Below, one piece after another: positions 47,021 to 55,418 of a stretch of DNA of 64,000 nt. Both the position numbers and the translations under genes were made by a program. The DNA comes from an uncultured Ignavibacteriales bacterium (GTDB lineage Bacteria > Zixibacteria > MSB-5A5 > GN15 > JAAZOE01). Each line of letters opens with the position of its first letter. Position 1 is the first letter of the stretch. The DNA lies in contig CAZGLR010000003.1 of assembly GCA_964526635.1 (NCBI GenBank), positions 8,186 through 72,185 of the forward strand, read 5' to 3'. The notes under the pieces were generated by a model. That model made no database searches and had not been told where the DNA came from. It saw only the letters and a list, made by a program, of their open reading frames with translations.

Positions 47021-48861
47021 ACCGGTTCGCTGTGTTTGGCGCGATTGGTCCAGGACATTATCGTAAAGACTATCACCGATACTCCCACTCCAAAGACAGC
47101 CGTATCGAGCTGTCCCATCCAATCGTGGATAGTGGGGCCAAACAGCGAAATATCAAAGTTGTTATGCAAAAGAATCACCCCGCGATAAGACAGGGCGGCG
47201 ATCGTGGCGACTATCATTGTTATGAATATATTCGTATTCATCTCTTTAGAGCGCCGTCGATATAGCGCCCCGACGGTCACCGGAACAATAATCGCCGGCG
47301 CCCAGACATGGTATGTAAACAACAGCAGACCGATGATGTCGGACCAGAGTACCGCAATCAGGACGGCGGCGATACCCAGCCCGGCGGTGCACCAACGGGC
47401 CAGCCGCAGCATTTTGCCATCGCCTTTATCCTTCCAGCCCAGTTGATGTTCAAAGAGGTCTTTGACGAAAATCGCGGTCGATGAATTGAGCGCCGAGTCG
47501 GCCGATGACATGACCGCCATCAAGACCGCGCCGATCATGATCCCGCCGATCACGGGGCTGTGTAACTCCCGGACGACCATCGGCAAAGCCTGCTGCGGAT
47601 CAATACCGGGGTAATGAATGCGGGCATAGAGCGCGATAAAGAACAACACAACCGGAAAGGTGGCGGCGAGGAAAAAGCCGACCCCGGCGATACCGAGTTT
47701 GGTTTCCTTAATGTTCCGGCCGATGCAATACCGGGTGGCATAACCGGGTGCAAACGTCTCGCCCAGCAAAAATGCCAGAAATGTTGTGATCAAAAAGACC
47801 CAGCCGTTGCCGCCATCGAGTTTGAAGAAATCGGGGGGGATGGTGCGATTGCGCCGTATTTTATCGGCGTAGGCATCCTGAATCAGCGATAGATTGAAGC
47901 GCCGCAGGGCACGCTCATCATGGGCGACCCCGATCCCCGCTTGTGACTGGGGTGACAGGTCAACCATCGTAAACCGTTCGAGCGTATAGAGCGCGCTGTC
48001 GTCCAGCAGCCAGTTCAAATGGCCCACAATCAGTTCTTTGGCCGAATCCGGAGCGGCGCTGGCGGGGTTAAATTGGTTAATAATCGCCAGTTGTTCCGGT
48101 TGCAACCGAGTTTGGATATAGACTGAGACTGAATCCTCCCCCTGCTGCCAGGCCAGAAGCAGGGCGTCCGGGTCGCTGATATCGGTTTGCCCGAAGCGGA
48201 TAGGCACAAATTTTTCGGTATCGGGATTGTATGAACGGGCGATGTCGGGAATGCAGAAAATCAGGGTGATGACAAATCCGCCCATCAGCACGAGGAACTG
48301 GAAGAGATCGGTATGGATTACCGCCATTAGACCGCCGGCGGTGCTGTAAATCACGACCAGCATGCCGCCGCTAAGAATCGCCCAGCGAAGGATCGTAACC
48401 GAATCGGCGACATCGGGCAGGATCGCAGCCAGAACAGTCCCAAATGCCGCCATTTGCGCGGCCACGATGAAGACCGAAAACAAAAGCGACAACAACAGGA
48501 CCAAAAAGCGCGTTTGTTCGCCAAAGCGATGGCCGAAATAGCCGGCTACGGTGTAGAGTTTCGCCTCCCGAAACTGCGGAGCCACGACCAGGCCCGAGAA
48601 AATAAAATGCAAATAGCCGCCGGTGGAAACCAGCAGCATGAGAATGCCCCATTCATATGTCTTGGCGATTGCCCCGATGGAATACCCGCCGCCGATGACA
48701 GTTGCCCCCATAGTGCAGAAGAGCATGAACCAGCGGACATTGCGACCGGCTATAAGGAAATCATCGGTACTACCAATACTGCGGGCTTTGGAGACACCCT
48801 TAACAAAGATGAAAACCATGTAGGCAATGACGATGCCCCAGAGAATTAGCCGTTCGCTCAT
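47017..48861 (-). CDS. Sodium:solute symporter family protein with a large inserted soluble domain
   Basis: DFLIAGR, YSTAGGLMAVIHTD, MAVMSSADS; many TM segments. Confidence 0.9.
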   Translation of the reverse strand: MSERLILWGIVIAYMVFIFVKGVSKARSIGSTDDFLIAGRNVRWFMLFCTMGATVIGGGYSIGAIAKTYEWGILMLLVSTGGYLHFIFSGLVVAPQFREAKLYTVAGYFGHRFGEQTRFLVLLLSLLFSVFIVAAQMAAFGTVLAAILPDVADSVTILRWAILSGGMLVVIYSTAGGLMAVIHTDLFQFLVLMGGFVITLIFCIPDIARSYNPDTEKFVPIRFGQTDISDPDALLLAWQQGEDSVSVYIQTRLQPEQLAIINQFNPASAAPDSAKELIVGHLNWLLDDSALYTLERFTMVDLSPQSQAGIGVAHDERALRRFNLSLIQDAYADKIRRNRTIPPDFFKLDGGNGWVFLITTFLAFLLGETFAPGYATRYCIGRNIKETKLGIAGVGFFLAATFPVVLFFIALYARIHYPGIDPQQALPMVVRELHSPVIGGIMIGAVLMAVMSSADSALNSSTAIFVKDLFEHQLGWKDKGDGKMLRLARWCTAGLGIAAVLIAVLWSDIIGLLLFTYHVWAPAIIVPVTVGALYRRRSKEMNTNIFITMIVATIAALSYRGVILLHNNFDISLFGPTIHDWMGQLDTAVFGVGVSVIVFTIMSWTNRAKHSEPV

Positions 48862-48905
48862 GTACGCTTCCCTGTCAATGCGGACCGCAGTCCACTATCC
48901 CCTGA

Positions 48906-50075
48906 TTACTCCTGCTGATTGAAGTTTTCGATTACCGGCTCGACTTCAAATTCCCCCTCCGTCGAGACTTCGGCTCCGATTTTTTTCTGGAAGACATCCA
49001 GCGGCGGCTGCACTTCCTTGGTGATATATTTCCCGCTCATCAAACGCAGCAACGCCGAATAATTAACCCGGAATTTAATTGCATCGCCGACCCGAAGGCC
49101 CTCGGGATTGTCTCCGAGATTGACCACGGTAATATCACTGGACGCACCGGCGATACGACAATTAGGATTTACCGGGGTCAACCCGGCAATATCGGAATCG
49201 AGTTGTCCGACACTGACGAGAGCCCGGTGACCACGGCTCCCGGGGGTGGCCTCTTCACCATTTTCCGCCTGGAAGGGCTGCACCGATCCGGTTTCAACCA
49301 TCGGATTCAAGCCCTTTTCCTTGATCTCGGCGATTTCTGTTTCCAGCAGAATCACATCATCGCGCAGGCCCCGCAGGGTGCCGCCATTGACCAGATCGGT
49401 ACCGAGAAAAATCGCTTCCCCTATCCTGAAATGATTTATCGCGCGCGGCAGGATGTTATCGCGAATCATAGGCAAAACGATAGTCGATCCGCCGGAGATC
49501 ATCGGAAGGCGCCGTTCAAATTTCAACTCCAAGAGTTCACGATAGAGAATCAACTGGGTAAACTGGTCAATATTAGGAATCGCCCCGGCCAGGCAGCCGA
49601 TATTGGCGCCAATGCCGAGCACCTCGATATTGGATAAATCAAAAACATCCTGGTAAAACTTAACCAGCGAACCGGGAAGAATGCCCTCGCGCAAATCGCC
49701 CAGTTCGATCATGATAATGATGCGGTGGATTTTATCCTGTCGGCGGGCTTCTTCATTAAGCAGCTGAATTATCTCGATTTCGCTGTTGAGGCTGACATCA
49801 GCCAGTTGCACCGTACGCTTTATGGATGATTTATCGGGAATACGAAGATACCATGCCTCGAAATCAGAAATAATCCGTTCGATCGCAGCCAGATTGTCCA
49901 GCCGTGAATCACCCATGGAACGAACCCCGAGATATTGCAGCGCCCGGAGTGAATCGGTATGGCCGCAAAGCACCTTGGTGACAACTGTCCAGCTGGCGCC
50001 ATGGGCATCCATAATATCGCCAACCGTCCTGAGGTTATGCCTGAGCGCCTCGAGATTGATGATCAAGCGATTCAT
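48906..50075 (-). CDS. Alanine/ornithine racemase family PLP enzyme (Orr/YhfX-like)
   Basis: VVTKVLCG, MGDSR, MIELGDLREG, ISGG, FRIGE, GASSD. Confidence 0.88.
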   Translation of the reverse strand: MNRLIINLEALRHNLRTVGDIMDAHGASWTVVTKVLCGHTDSLRALQYLGVRSMGDSRLDNLAAIERIISDFEAWYLRIPDKSSIKRTVQLADVSLNSEIEIIQLLNEEARRQDKIHRIIIMIELGDLREGILPGSLVKFYQDVFDLSNIEVLGIGANIGCLAGAIPNIDQFTQLILYRELLELKFERRLPMISGGSTIVLPMIRDNILPRAINHFRIGEAIFLGTDLVNGGTLRGLRDDVILLETEIAEIKEKGLNPMVETGSVQPFQAENGEEATPGSRGHRALVSVGQLDSDIAGLTPVNPNCRIAGASSDITVVNLGDNPEGLRVGDAIKFRVNYSALLRLMSGKYITKEVQPPLDVFQKKIGAEVSTEGEFEVEPVIENFNQQE

Positions 50076-51094
50076 GGTGTGTACCTCATTTCGGCATACT
50101 TGGTCGTAAAGCCAATTCGTTCATACAAGCGCTTGGCCGGATTATCGTATTCAACATGCAGTTTGACGTCGCAATCCGCGATATCCAGCGCATGCTGAAT
50201 AATCTTTTTGCCCAGACCCTTGCCGCGCATCGAGGGATCAACCGCGACCATCACCAGAAATATTTCAGGAATATATCCCCTCATACCGGTGCTGAGCATT
50301 ATGACTCCCCCCACCGGCTTGCCGCCGCTTTCGGCCATGACAATATACCCGGTTTTCTCACCACGTTTAATAAAGGCGTCATCGATTGCGCGACGGACAT
50401 CCGGCAGCGGATCCTCATAAGGTTTCAACGCTTCATGCATAAACTCGGCAAAATCATCAGCAGAGATATGTTCCGGAAATTGGTCCGCTCCATAAACCTC
50501 ATGCATCTTTATCTCAGTATCAGCTATCGTCATTTCTATCTCTCCCTTGTTTCGTATGAGTACTCCGAGTGATTCCGAAATTTTTTCGAAACCACCAGTA
50601 CCATCCTGTTCGGATTCAATCAGTGAATGAACCGCCAGCATCGGTGAGGCATCCAGTCCATCGGCCCCCATCATGCCGGCCACAGCCCGCAGAGAATCCA
50701 GAATACGGTGCCGTTCGTCATCTGATAATCGCCCGATTTTTTCGACAAACTCCTCCTGGAGCAGCGGCGGCGATGATGCCGCCATTTTGCGGCCTTCATC
50801 GGTAGCGGATATAACGACGCGCCGTCGGTCGGAATCCGACCGCAATCTGTTGACCAGTCCCCGTCGTTCCAGGCGGTCAATAATACCGGTTATCGTGGCG
50901 TTGCTGAGGGTTACACGGCGGGCCAGTTCTCCCGGCGAAAGCTCTCCTGAGCGAATAATTTCTGTCAATACAATCAGTTGAGGGCCGGTCAGATGACAGG
51001 TCCGAACCAGGTGACGGGAATGTAAATCGATAGCCCGGCTGATCCGCCGCAGCGCGATCAAGACTTCATCTATGGTCTTCTTTTCGGTTTTCAT
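50072..51094 (-). CDS. MarR (EctR/CosR-like) regulator fused to a GNAT acetyltransferase
   Basis: N-terminal 'VLIALRRISRAIDLHSR...LTGPQL...DRRRV'; C-terminal 'VAVDPSMRGKGLG...LHVEYDNPAKRLYERIGF'. Confidence 0.88.
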   Translation of the reverse strand: MKTEKKTIDEVLIALRRISRAIDLHSRHLVRTCHLTGPQLIVLTEIIRSGELSPGELARRVTLSNATITGIIDRLERRGLVNRLRSDSDRRRVVISATDEGRKMAASSPPLLQEEFVEKIGRLSDDERHRILDSLRAVAGMMGADGLDASPMLAVHSLIESEQDGTGGFEKISESLGVLIRNKGEIEMTIADTEIKMHEVYGADQFPEHISADDFAEFMHEALKPYEDPLPDVRRAIDDAFIKRGEKTGYIVMAESGGKPVGGVIMLSTGMRGYIPEIFLVMVAVDPSMRGKGLGKKIIQHALDIADCDVKLHVEYDNPAKRLYERIGFTTKYAEMRYTP

Positions 51095-51109
51095 AATTCG
51101 CCCATATAT

Positions 51110-51127
51110 TATTTTGCATACTAAATA
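51110..51127 (-). promoter_or_regulatory. Pseudopalindromic MarR operator candidate
   Basis: Minus strand TATTTAGT-AT-GCAAAATA, 15 nt upstream of the start codon. Confidence 0.5.
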
Positions 51128-51269
51128 TTACGATACAAAACATACAAGTCAAGGAAAAAAACCTGCGGGAAGCTCAGATCAAACGCACCTTATTGGTCAT
51201 TCTCGCTGTTGTATACCGTTATTGCGGATCGCTTGTGATAAAATATTTGAAGAACATGCGCACTGAGTA

Positions 51270-51524
51270 TTATAGGACGCCATCAGGTAGACAAAAAACC
51301 CTGATTATATCCTTTATATAGTATTTACCTATTTCGGGATTGTTACCATGACAAGGTAGTGGAAATGATACTGCCCTCCCCATTATATCGGGATGGTAAA
51401 TGACTCTGTGACTTCCTTTTCCTTCCCTTATGTATTCTTCGAAGCGATCGTCAAATTTTCGAAGTCTTTTTATTAGGGTTTTATATTTATATGGTTTTAA
51501 CTTAGGCAACGGAGAAGCTTGCAC
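51270..51524 (-). CDS. HicA-like toxin
   Basis: Small and basic; 'REGKGSHRVIYHP...LPCHG..EI...IKDII'. Confidence 0.75.
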   Translation of the reverse strand: MQASPLPKLKPYKYKTLIKRLRKFDDRFEEYIREGKGSHRVIYHPDIMGRAVSFPLPCHGNNPEIGKYYIKDIIRVFCLPDGVL

Positions 51525-51873
51525 TTGGGAAATTGTTAGGAATGGGGATATGGCCTAGCCTGTGATGTCTGTCAAGCCTCTTCTTCTGGCGCGGAATATC
51601 TATTAATGCCTTTCGCAACAGAGAGTTATAGGTTTCAGAAACCTCTGGGGGGGCCGGTCGATCAAGCAAGGCTGGCTGATTCTTGTACATTGCAAAACTC
51701 ACCTGCATCTCGGTAAGTTCAATGAGCGTCTTCATGGCTTCATTAAAAGATTTGCCATATCCAACCAAATCGGTCTCCAAGCAATGCGCAGACCATGTAT
51801 CTTTGTCCACCTTCTTGCCAAGAACTCTTAAGCAAAGAGTTATTGGGTCTGACGGCATGTTTTTAGGCTCCAT
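51502..51873 (-). CDS. HicB-like antitoxin
   Basis: 'WSAHCLETDLVGYGKSFNEAMKTLIE' RNase H-like HicB pattern; overlaps the hicA-like gene. Confidence 0.65.
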   Translation of the reverse strand: MEPKNMPSDPITLCLRVLGKKVDKDTWSAHCLETDLVGYGKSFNEAMKTLIELTEMQVSFAMYKNQPALLDRPAPPEVSETYNSLLRKALIDIPRQKKRLDRHHRLGHIPIPNNFPSASFSVA

Positions 51874-52202
51874 TTGTATATCACCACCTGTTTATAAAAA
51901 TCGACAAAAAGAAATCCAAACTTTAGGCTTAGCTTCTATCCTCGAATTAAAGCCTTCACTGTTTTAACGAAAAATTGTTGGTTTAGTTTAAAGATTTTAG
52001 CCTTTTCAAGGTCCGTTCTACTTCAATAATACCTAATTTCCCCCAAAATGCAATAATTTTTGCAAAACTATTATTATATGGGCTTTTAAGAAAATCACCA
52101 ATCACTTAGTAGTAGTTTAGGTCATTTTCAAGTGTTAGCAAACCGTTAAATCCAAAATGACCCACTACCAAAAAACCAAATTATTCTTTTGCAATGACTT
52201 AA

Positions 52203-53369
52203 TCAGTCGACGACAACTCGTGGGATTTCTGAGGGAAGCCGTACCAGGACTTCATAGTTGAGAAAACGGGTCAAATCGGAAAACGAGGCCACCGAGATGG
52301 ACCGTTTTCGCTGCTTACCGATCAGGACGACTTCATCGCCCTTCTGAATATCTTTGAGTCCGGTAGCATCGATCATGATGACATTCATATTGACGTTACC
52401 CACTACCTCGCATCGGCGACCGTGAACCAGGACATGGCCCAGATTGGACAGGCTGCGGGTGAAGCCATGAAAATACCCGATTGGAACAGTCGCGATTTGT
52501 TGAGTTCGCGTGGTTTGATAGGAATTGCCATAACCGATAAACTCACCCGGATCGACCGTTTTTATACTCATAATCGAGCTTTTCCAGCACATAACACGCC
52601 GCATGGGATCAATCATTTTGGTTTTCATGGTGGCGAGATTATTCATGTAGTAATCCATACGGGTTTCGCGGCTGGGCCAGAAACCGTATTGGGCAATGCC
52701 GATGCGGATCATGTCGAGGCGAGTTTCGGGATAAGTCAGGGCAGCGGCGGAGCAGGCGATATGCCGATAGGCGGGTGTCACCTGCTGGGTTTTAAGCCAT
52801 TCTACGGCTTTATGATATATCTGTAATTGCCGTTGGATGCGAAGGTAATTACTGATACTTTCGGCGCCGGCCAGATGGGAACAGACACCCTCGAGAATAA
52901 AACTGCCGGGGTCCTTTTTTATGATAGTAACAGCTTTCAGCAGTTCATCCATGCCCAGGCCGAAACGATTCAATCCGGTTTCCAGTTCGAGATGGATGCG
53001 GGCCGGTTTTTTGAGTTTCAGCGCGGCCCGATAGGCGGCATTGAGACGATCGAGCTCAAAGACATAAAATGAAATATCGTTTTCCACCGCCCATTCGATA
53101 GCGCCATTGTCGATAGCGCCCATGATCATTATATCGCTGTTGCAGGTTCGGCTTTGCAGGGCGGCCAGGGCCTCTTCGGCACTGAATACCGAAAAATGGC
53201 GGACGCCGCAATTCTCGGCCATCGGAAGAAAAGTCCCGATGCCATGGCCATAGGCATTGCCCTTTATAACCGATGAGAATCGTATGCCGGATCCGACTTG
53301 CTTTTGTAGAAACGCAAGATTTCTGCGGAGTGCTGATTGACTGAGTTCTATGCAGGACGTAAAAAACAT
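52203..53369 (-). CDS. alr: Alanine racemase
   Basis: SVIKGNAYGHG, LETGLNRFG, SHLA, IRIGI, IGYG, NYEVL. Confidence 0.92.
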   Translation of the reverse strand: MFFTSCIELSQSALRRNLAFLQKQVGSGIRFSSVIKGNAYGHGIGTFLPMAENCGVRHFSVFSAEEALAALQSRTCNSDIMIMGAIDNGAIEWAVENDISFYVFELDRLNAAYRAALKLKKPARIHLELETGLNRFGLGMDELLKAVTIIKKDPGSFILEGVCSHLAGAESISNYLRIQRQLQIYHKAVEWLKTQQVTPAYRHIACSAAALTYPETRLDMIRIGIAQYGFWPSRETRMDYYMNNLATMKTKMIDPMRRVMCWKSSIMSIKTVDPGEFIGYGNSYQTTRTQQIATVPIGYFHGFTRSLSNLGHVLVHGRRCEVVGNVNMNVIMIDATGLKDIQKGDEVVLIGKQRKRSISVASFSDLTRFLNYEVLVRLPSEIPRVVVD

Positions 53370-53387
53370 GAAACTACTCTACTGCGA

Positions 53388-54536
53388 TCAGCTTTCCCTT
53401 TCCATAAGGCGTTTACAGATTCTATAGAACATATCGGTTCCCTCGCCGATCAGTTGATCCGGGAAATCATAGTCAGGATGATGCAAGACCGGCGTATCTT
53501 CTCCGGCGCCGAGACCGAACATAGCTCCCGGGAAGGCTGCTGCGAAATGGCCAAAATCTTCTGAAAACGCAAAGGGATGTTCGGGGATTATTACTTTCCT
53601 GTCTGTTTCTCCTGCCACGGTTGATATCAATTCGACCATGCCGGCATCATTGACAGTCGACGGAAACTCCTCTACCAGACGGGTTTGGATATCAAGATCA
53701 TAGGCTGCGGCGATTTTACCGGCGCGTTTTTCGGCAATGGAAGTAAGGCGTCGCATTACATCGTCGCGGTAGGCCCGGAAGGTAGCCATGACAGTCGCCT
53801 GGCCAGGGGTAGTGCCGAAAGCAACCTCGCCCAGTTTGGCGTGGATGACTGTAACCTTGGCCGCCTCGTGAAGCGCCGCGGCCTGTTGGGGCAAAGCTCC
53901 GAGCATCTCGATAATCTGGGCCATCGCCAAGGCGGGAGTCCGGGCCCGCTCGGGTTCGGCGGCATGGGCGGTGGCGCCATGCAGGTCGATAATCATCCCC
54001 ACCGATGCCGAAGCAAAAACGCCTTCGCGGATAATAATTGAACCCATCGGGTATCCCGGCAGATTGTGCAGGGCCAGGCTGTGGTCGGCATCGATCGCAT
54101 CGAACTTTTCATCGGCTATCATGCGGGCCGCCCCCTGGCCGGTTTCTTCCGATGGTTGATATACGACCGTCACACAGCCCGGAAAAGACCGGTCCGATGA
54201 AAGCCTGGCCGCCAGCCCGGTCACGATTGTCATATGACCATCGTGGCCGCATTTATGCGCCACGCCACTGGTGTGCGAGGCATACGGCAGGTCGGGAGCT
54301 TCATGTATCGGCAGGGCATCGAGTTCGCAGCGCACGATAATGTGGGGATGTTTTCTGGAGCCATTAAACGTCGCGGCAATACCGCTGCCGCCGATACCGC
54401 TTATGAGCAAATCGGGATTAAGTGTTTTCAGCCGATCGGCAATGAATTCGGCGGTTTTGAATTCGTTGTCGGATAATTCCGGCTGCTGGTGAAGCCGATG
54501 CCGCATTTGAATGAGATTGTCGTCCGTGAACGCCAT
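53388..54536 (-). CDS. M20D family amidohydrolase
   Basis: LHQQPELS, ELDALP, HKCGHDGH, QPSEE, SEDF, LHHPDYDF. Confidence 0.92.
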   Translation of the reverse strand: MAFTDDNLIQMRHRLHQQPELSDNEFKTAEFIADRLKTLNPDLLISGIGGSGIAATFNGSRKHPHIIVRCELDALPIHEAPDLPYASHTSGVAHKCGHDGHMTIVTGLAARLSSDRSFPGCVTVVYQPSEETGQGAARMIADEKFDAIDADHSLALHNLPGYPMGSIIIREGVFASASVGMIIDLHGATAHAAEPERARTPALAMAQIIEMLGALPQQAAALHEAAKVTVIHAKLGEVAFGTTPGQATVMATFRAYRDDVMRRLTSIAEKRAGKIAAAYDLDIQTRLVEEFPSTVNDAGMVELISTVAGETDRKVIIPEHPFAFSEDFGHFAAAFPGAMFGLGAGEDTPVLHHPDYDFPDQLIGEGTDMFYRICKRLMERES

Positions 54537-54739
54537 GTGTCTCCCGCAGTATGCTGCCATTTCGTTGCCTGTCGCTATTTCTTATAGTCGTCAATATAGC
54601 CGGAATCCGCAACCGGTATTTGGCTGTTCCCGGCCTGAATGATGACAGCGTCAGTAGATAATACGATATAACAGAGAGTATACGGAAGCACAGGATATGT
54701 CGGCGCGGCATACCCTGTGTTCTCAGGTAGAAAGAGTTC

Positions 54740-55408
54740 TTAATAGGCGCAGCCGCAGCTTATTTCATTAAGCCCCTTGAAGACAAATTGCGCCAGGGCG
54801 ACAGCATCGCCGACATTGATTCCGCAATCGCCATTGGCATCGGCCTCCAGACCGCAGTCGGGTAGTGGCCCTGAGCGGAATACAAAATTCACGACGAACA
54901 CGGCATCGCCGATATTGGTCTGGCCGTCGCTATTGGCATCGCCCGGCGTATCGCAGCAGCCGGTCGGGCGCGGGGTGCCATCCTGCCAAAATCCCTCTTT
55001 CAGGACAAAACCGTTTCCGGTACCCAGACCGATGGCAGTTTGCGAAATGGTTGCGGCGAGGATATAATCGGCCGACTGGCCATTGATACTGCCGCCGTTG
55101 GACAGGACGTCCCAGGTAATTTCATAGAATGCCGAATCAGACTTGTTCGCCGGTACTTCCCCTTCAGATGAAGTCTGCCCCGATGTCGATGGCTGTGATT
55201 CTGAGGCACCATGAGTACCGATAGTTACATTTTTTGACTCCTTTAACTTACTGGACGAGGATGTCTCCATATTGCCGGATGCCAGTGAAGTCATCCCGGC
55301 GGCGCCCGCCCAGGATGAGATCAGCATACTGAGTACGATAAAAAAAACCGTCAGCAGTCGGGGCGGGCATAGTTGACCAGCTGAACCTTTTTCGTAATAC
55401 ATTTCCAT
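54740..55408 (-). CDS. Secreted protein with dockerin-like C-terminus
   Basis: RBS GGGGAGG; hydrophobic leader; Ser-rich linker; 'YEITWDVLSNGG...GFWQ'; CCDTPGDANSDGQTNIGDAVF. Confidence 0.8.
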   Translation of the reverse strand: MEMYYEKGSAGQLCPPRLLTVFFIVLSMLISSWAGAAGMTSLASGNMETSSSSKLKESKNVTIGTHGASESQPSTSGQTSSEGEVPANKSDSAFYEITWDVLSNGGSINGQSADYILAATISQTAIGLGTGNGFVLKEGFWQDGTPRPTGCCDTPGDANSDGQTNIGDAVFVVNFVFRSGPLPDCGLEADANGDCGINVGDAVALAQFVFKGLNEISCGCAY

Positions 55409-55418
55409 GATCCTCCCC

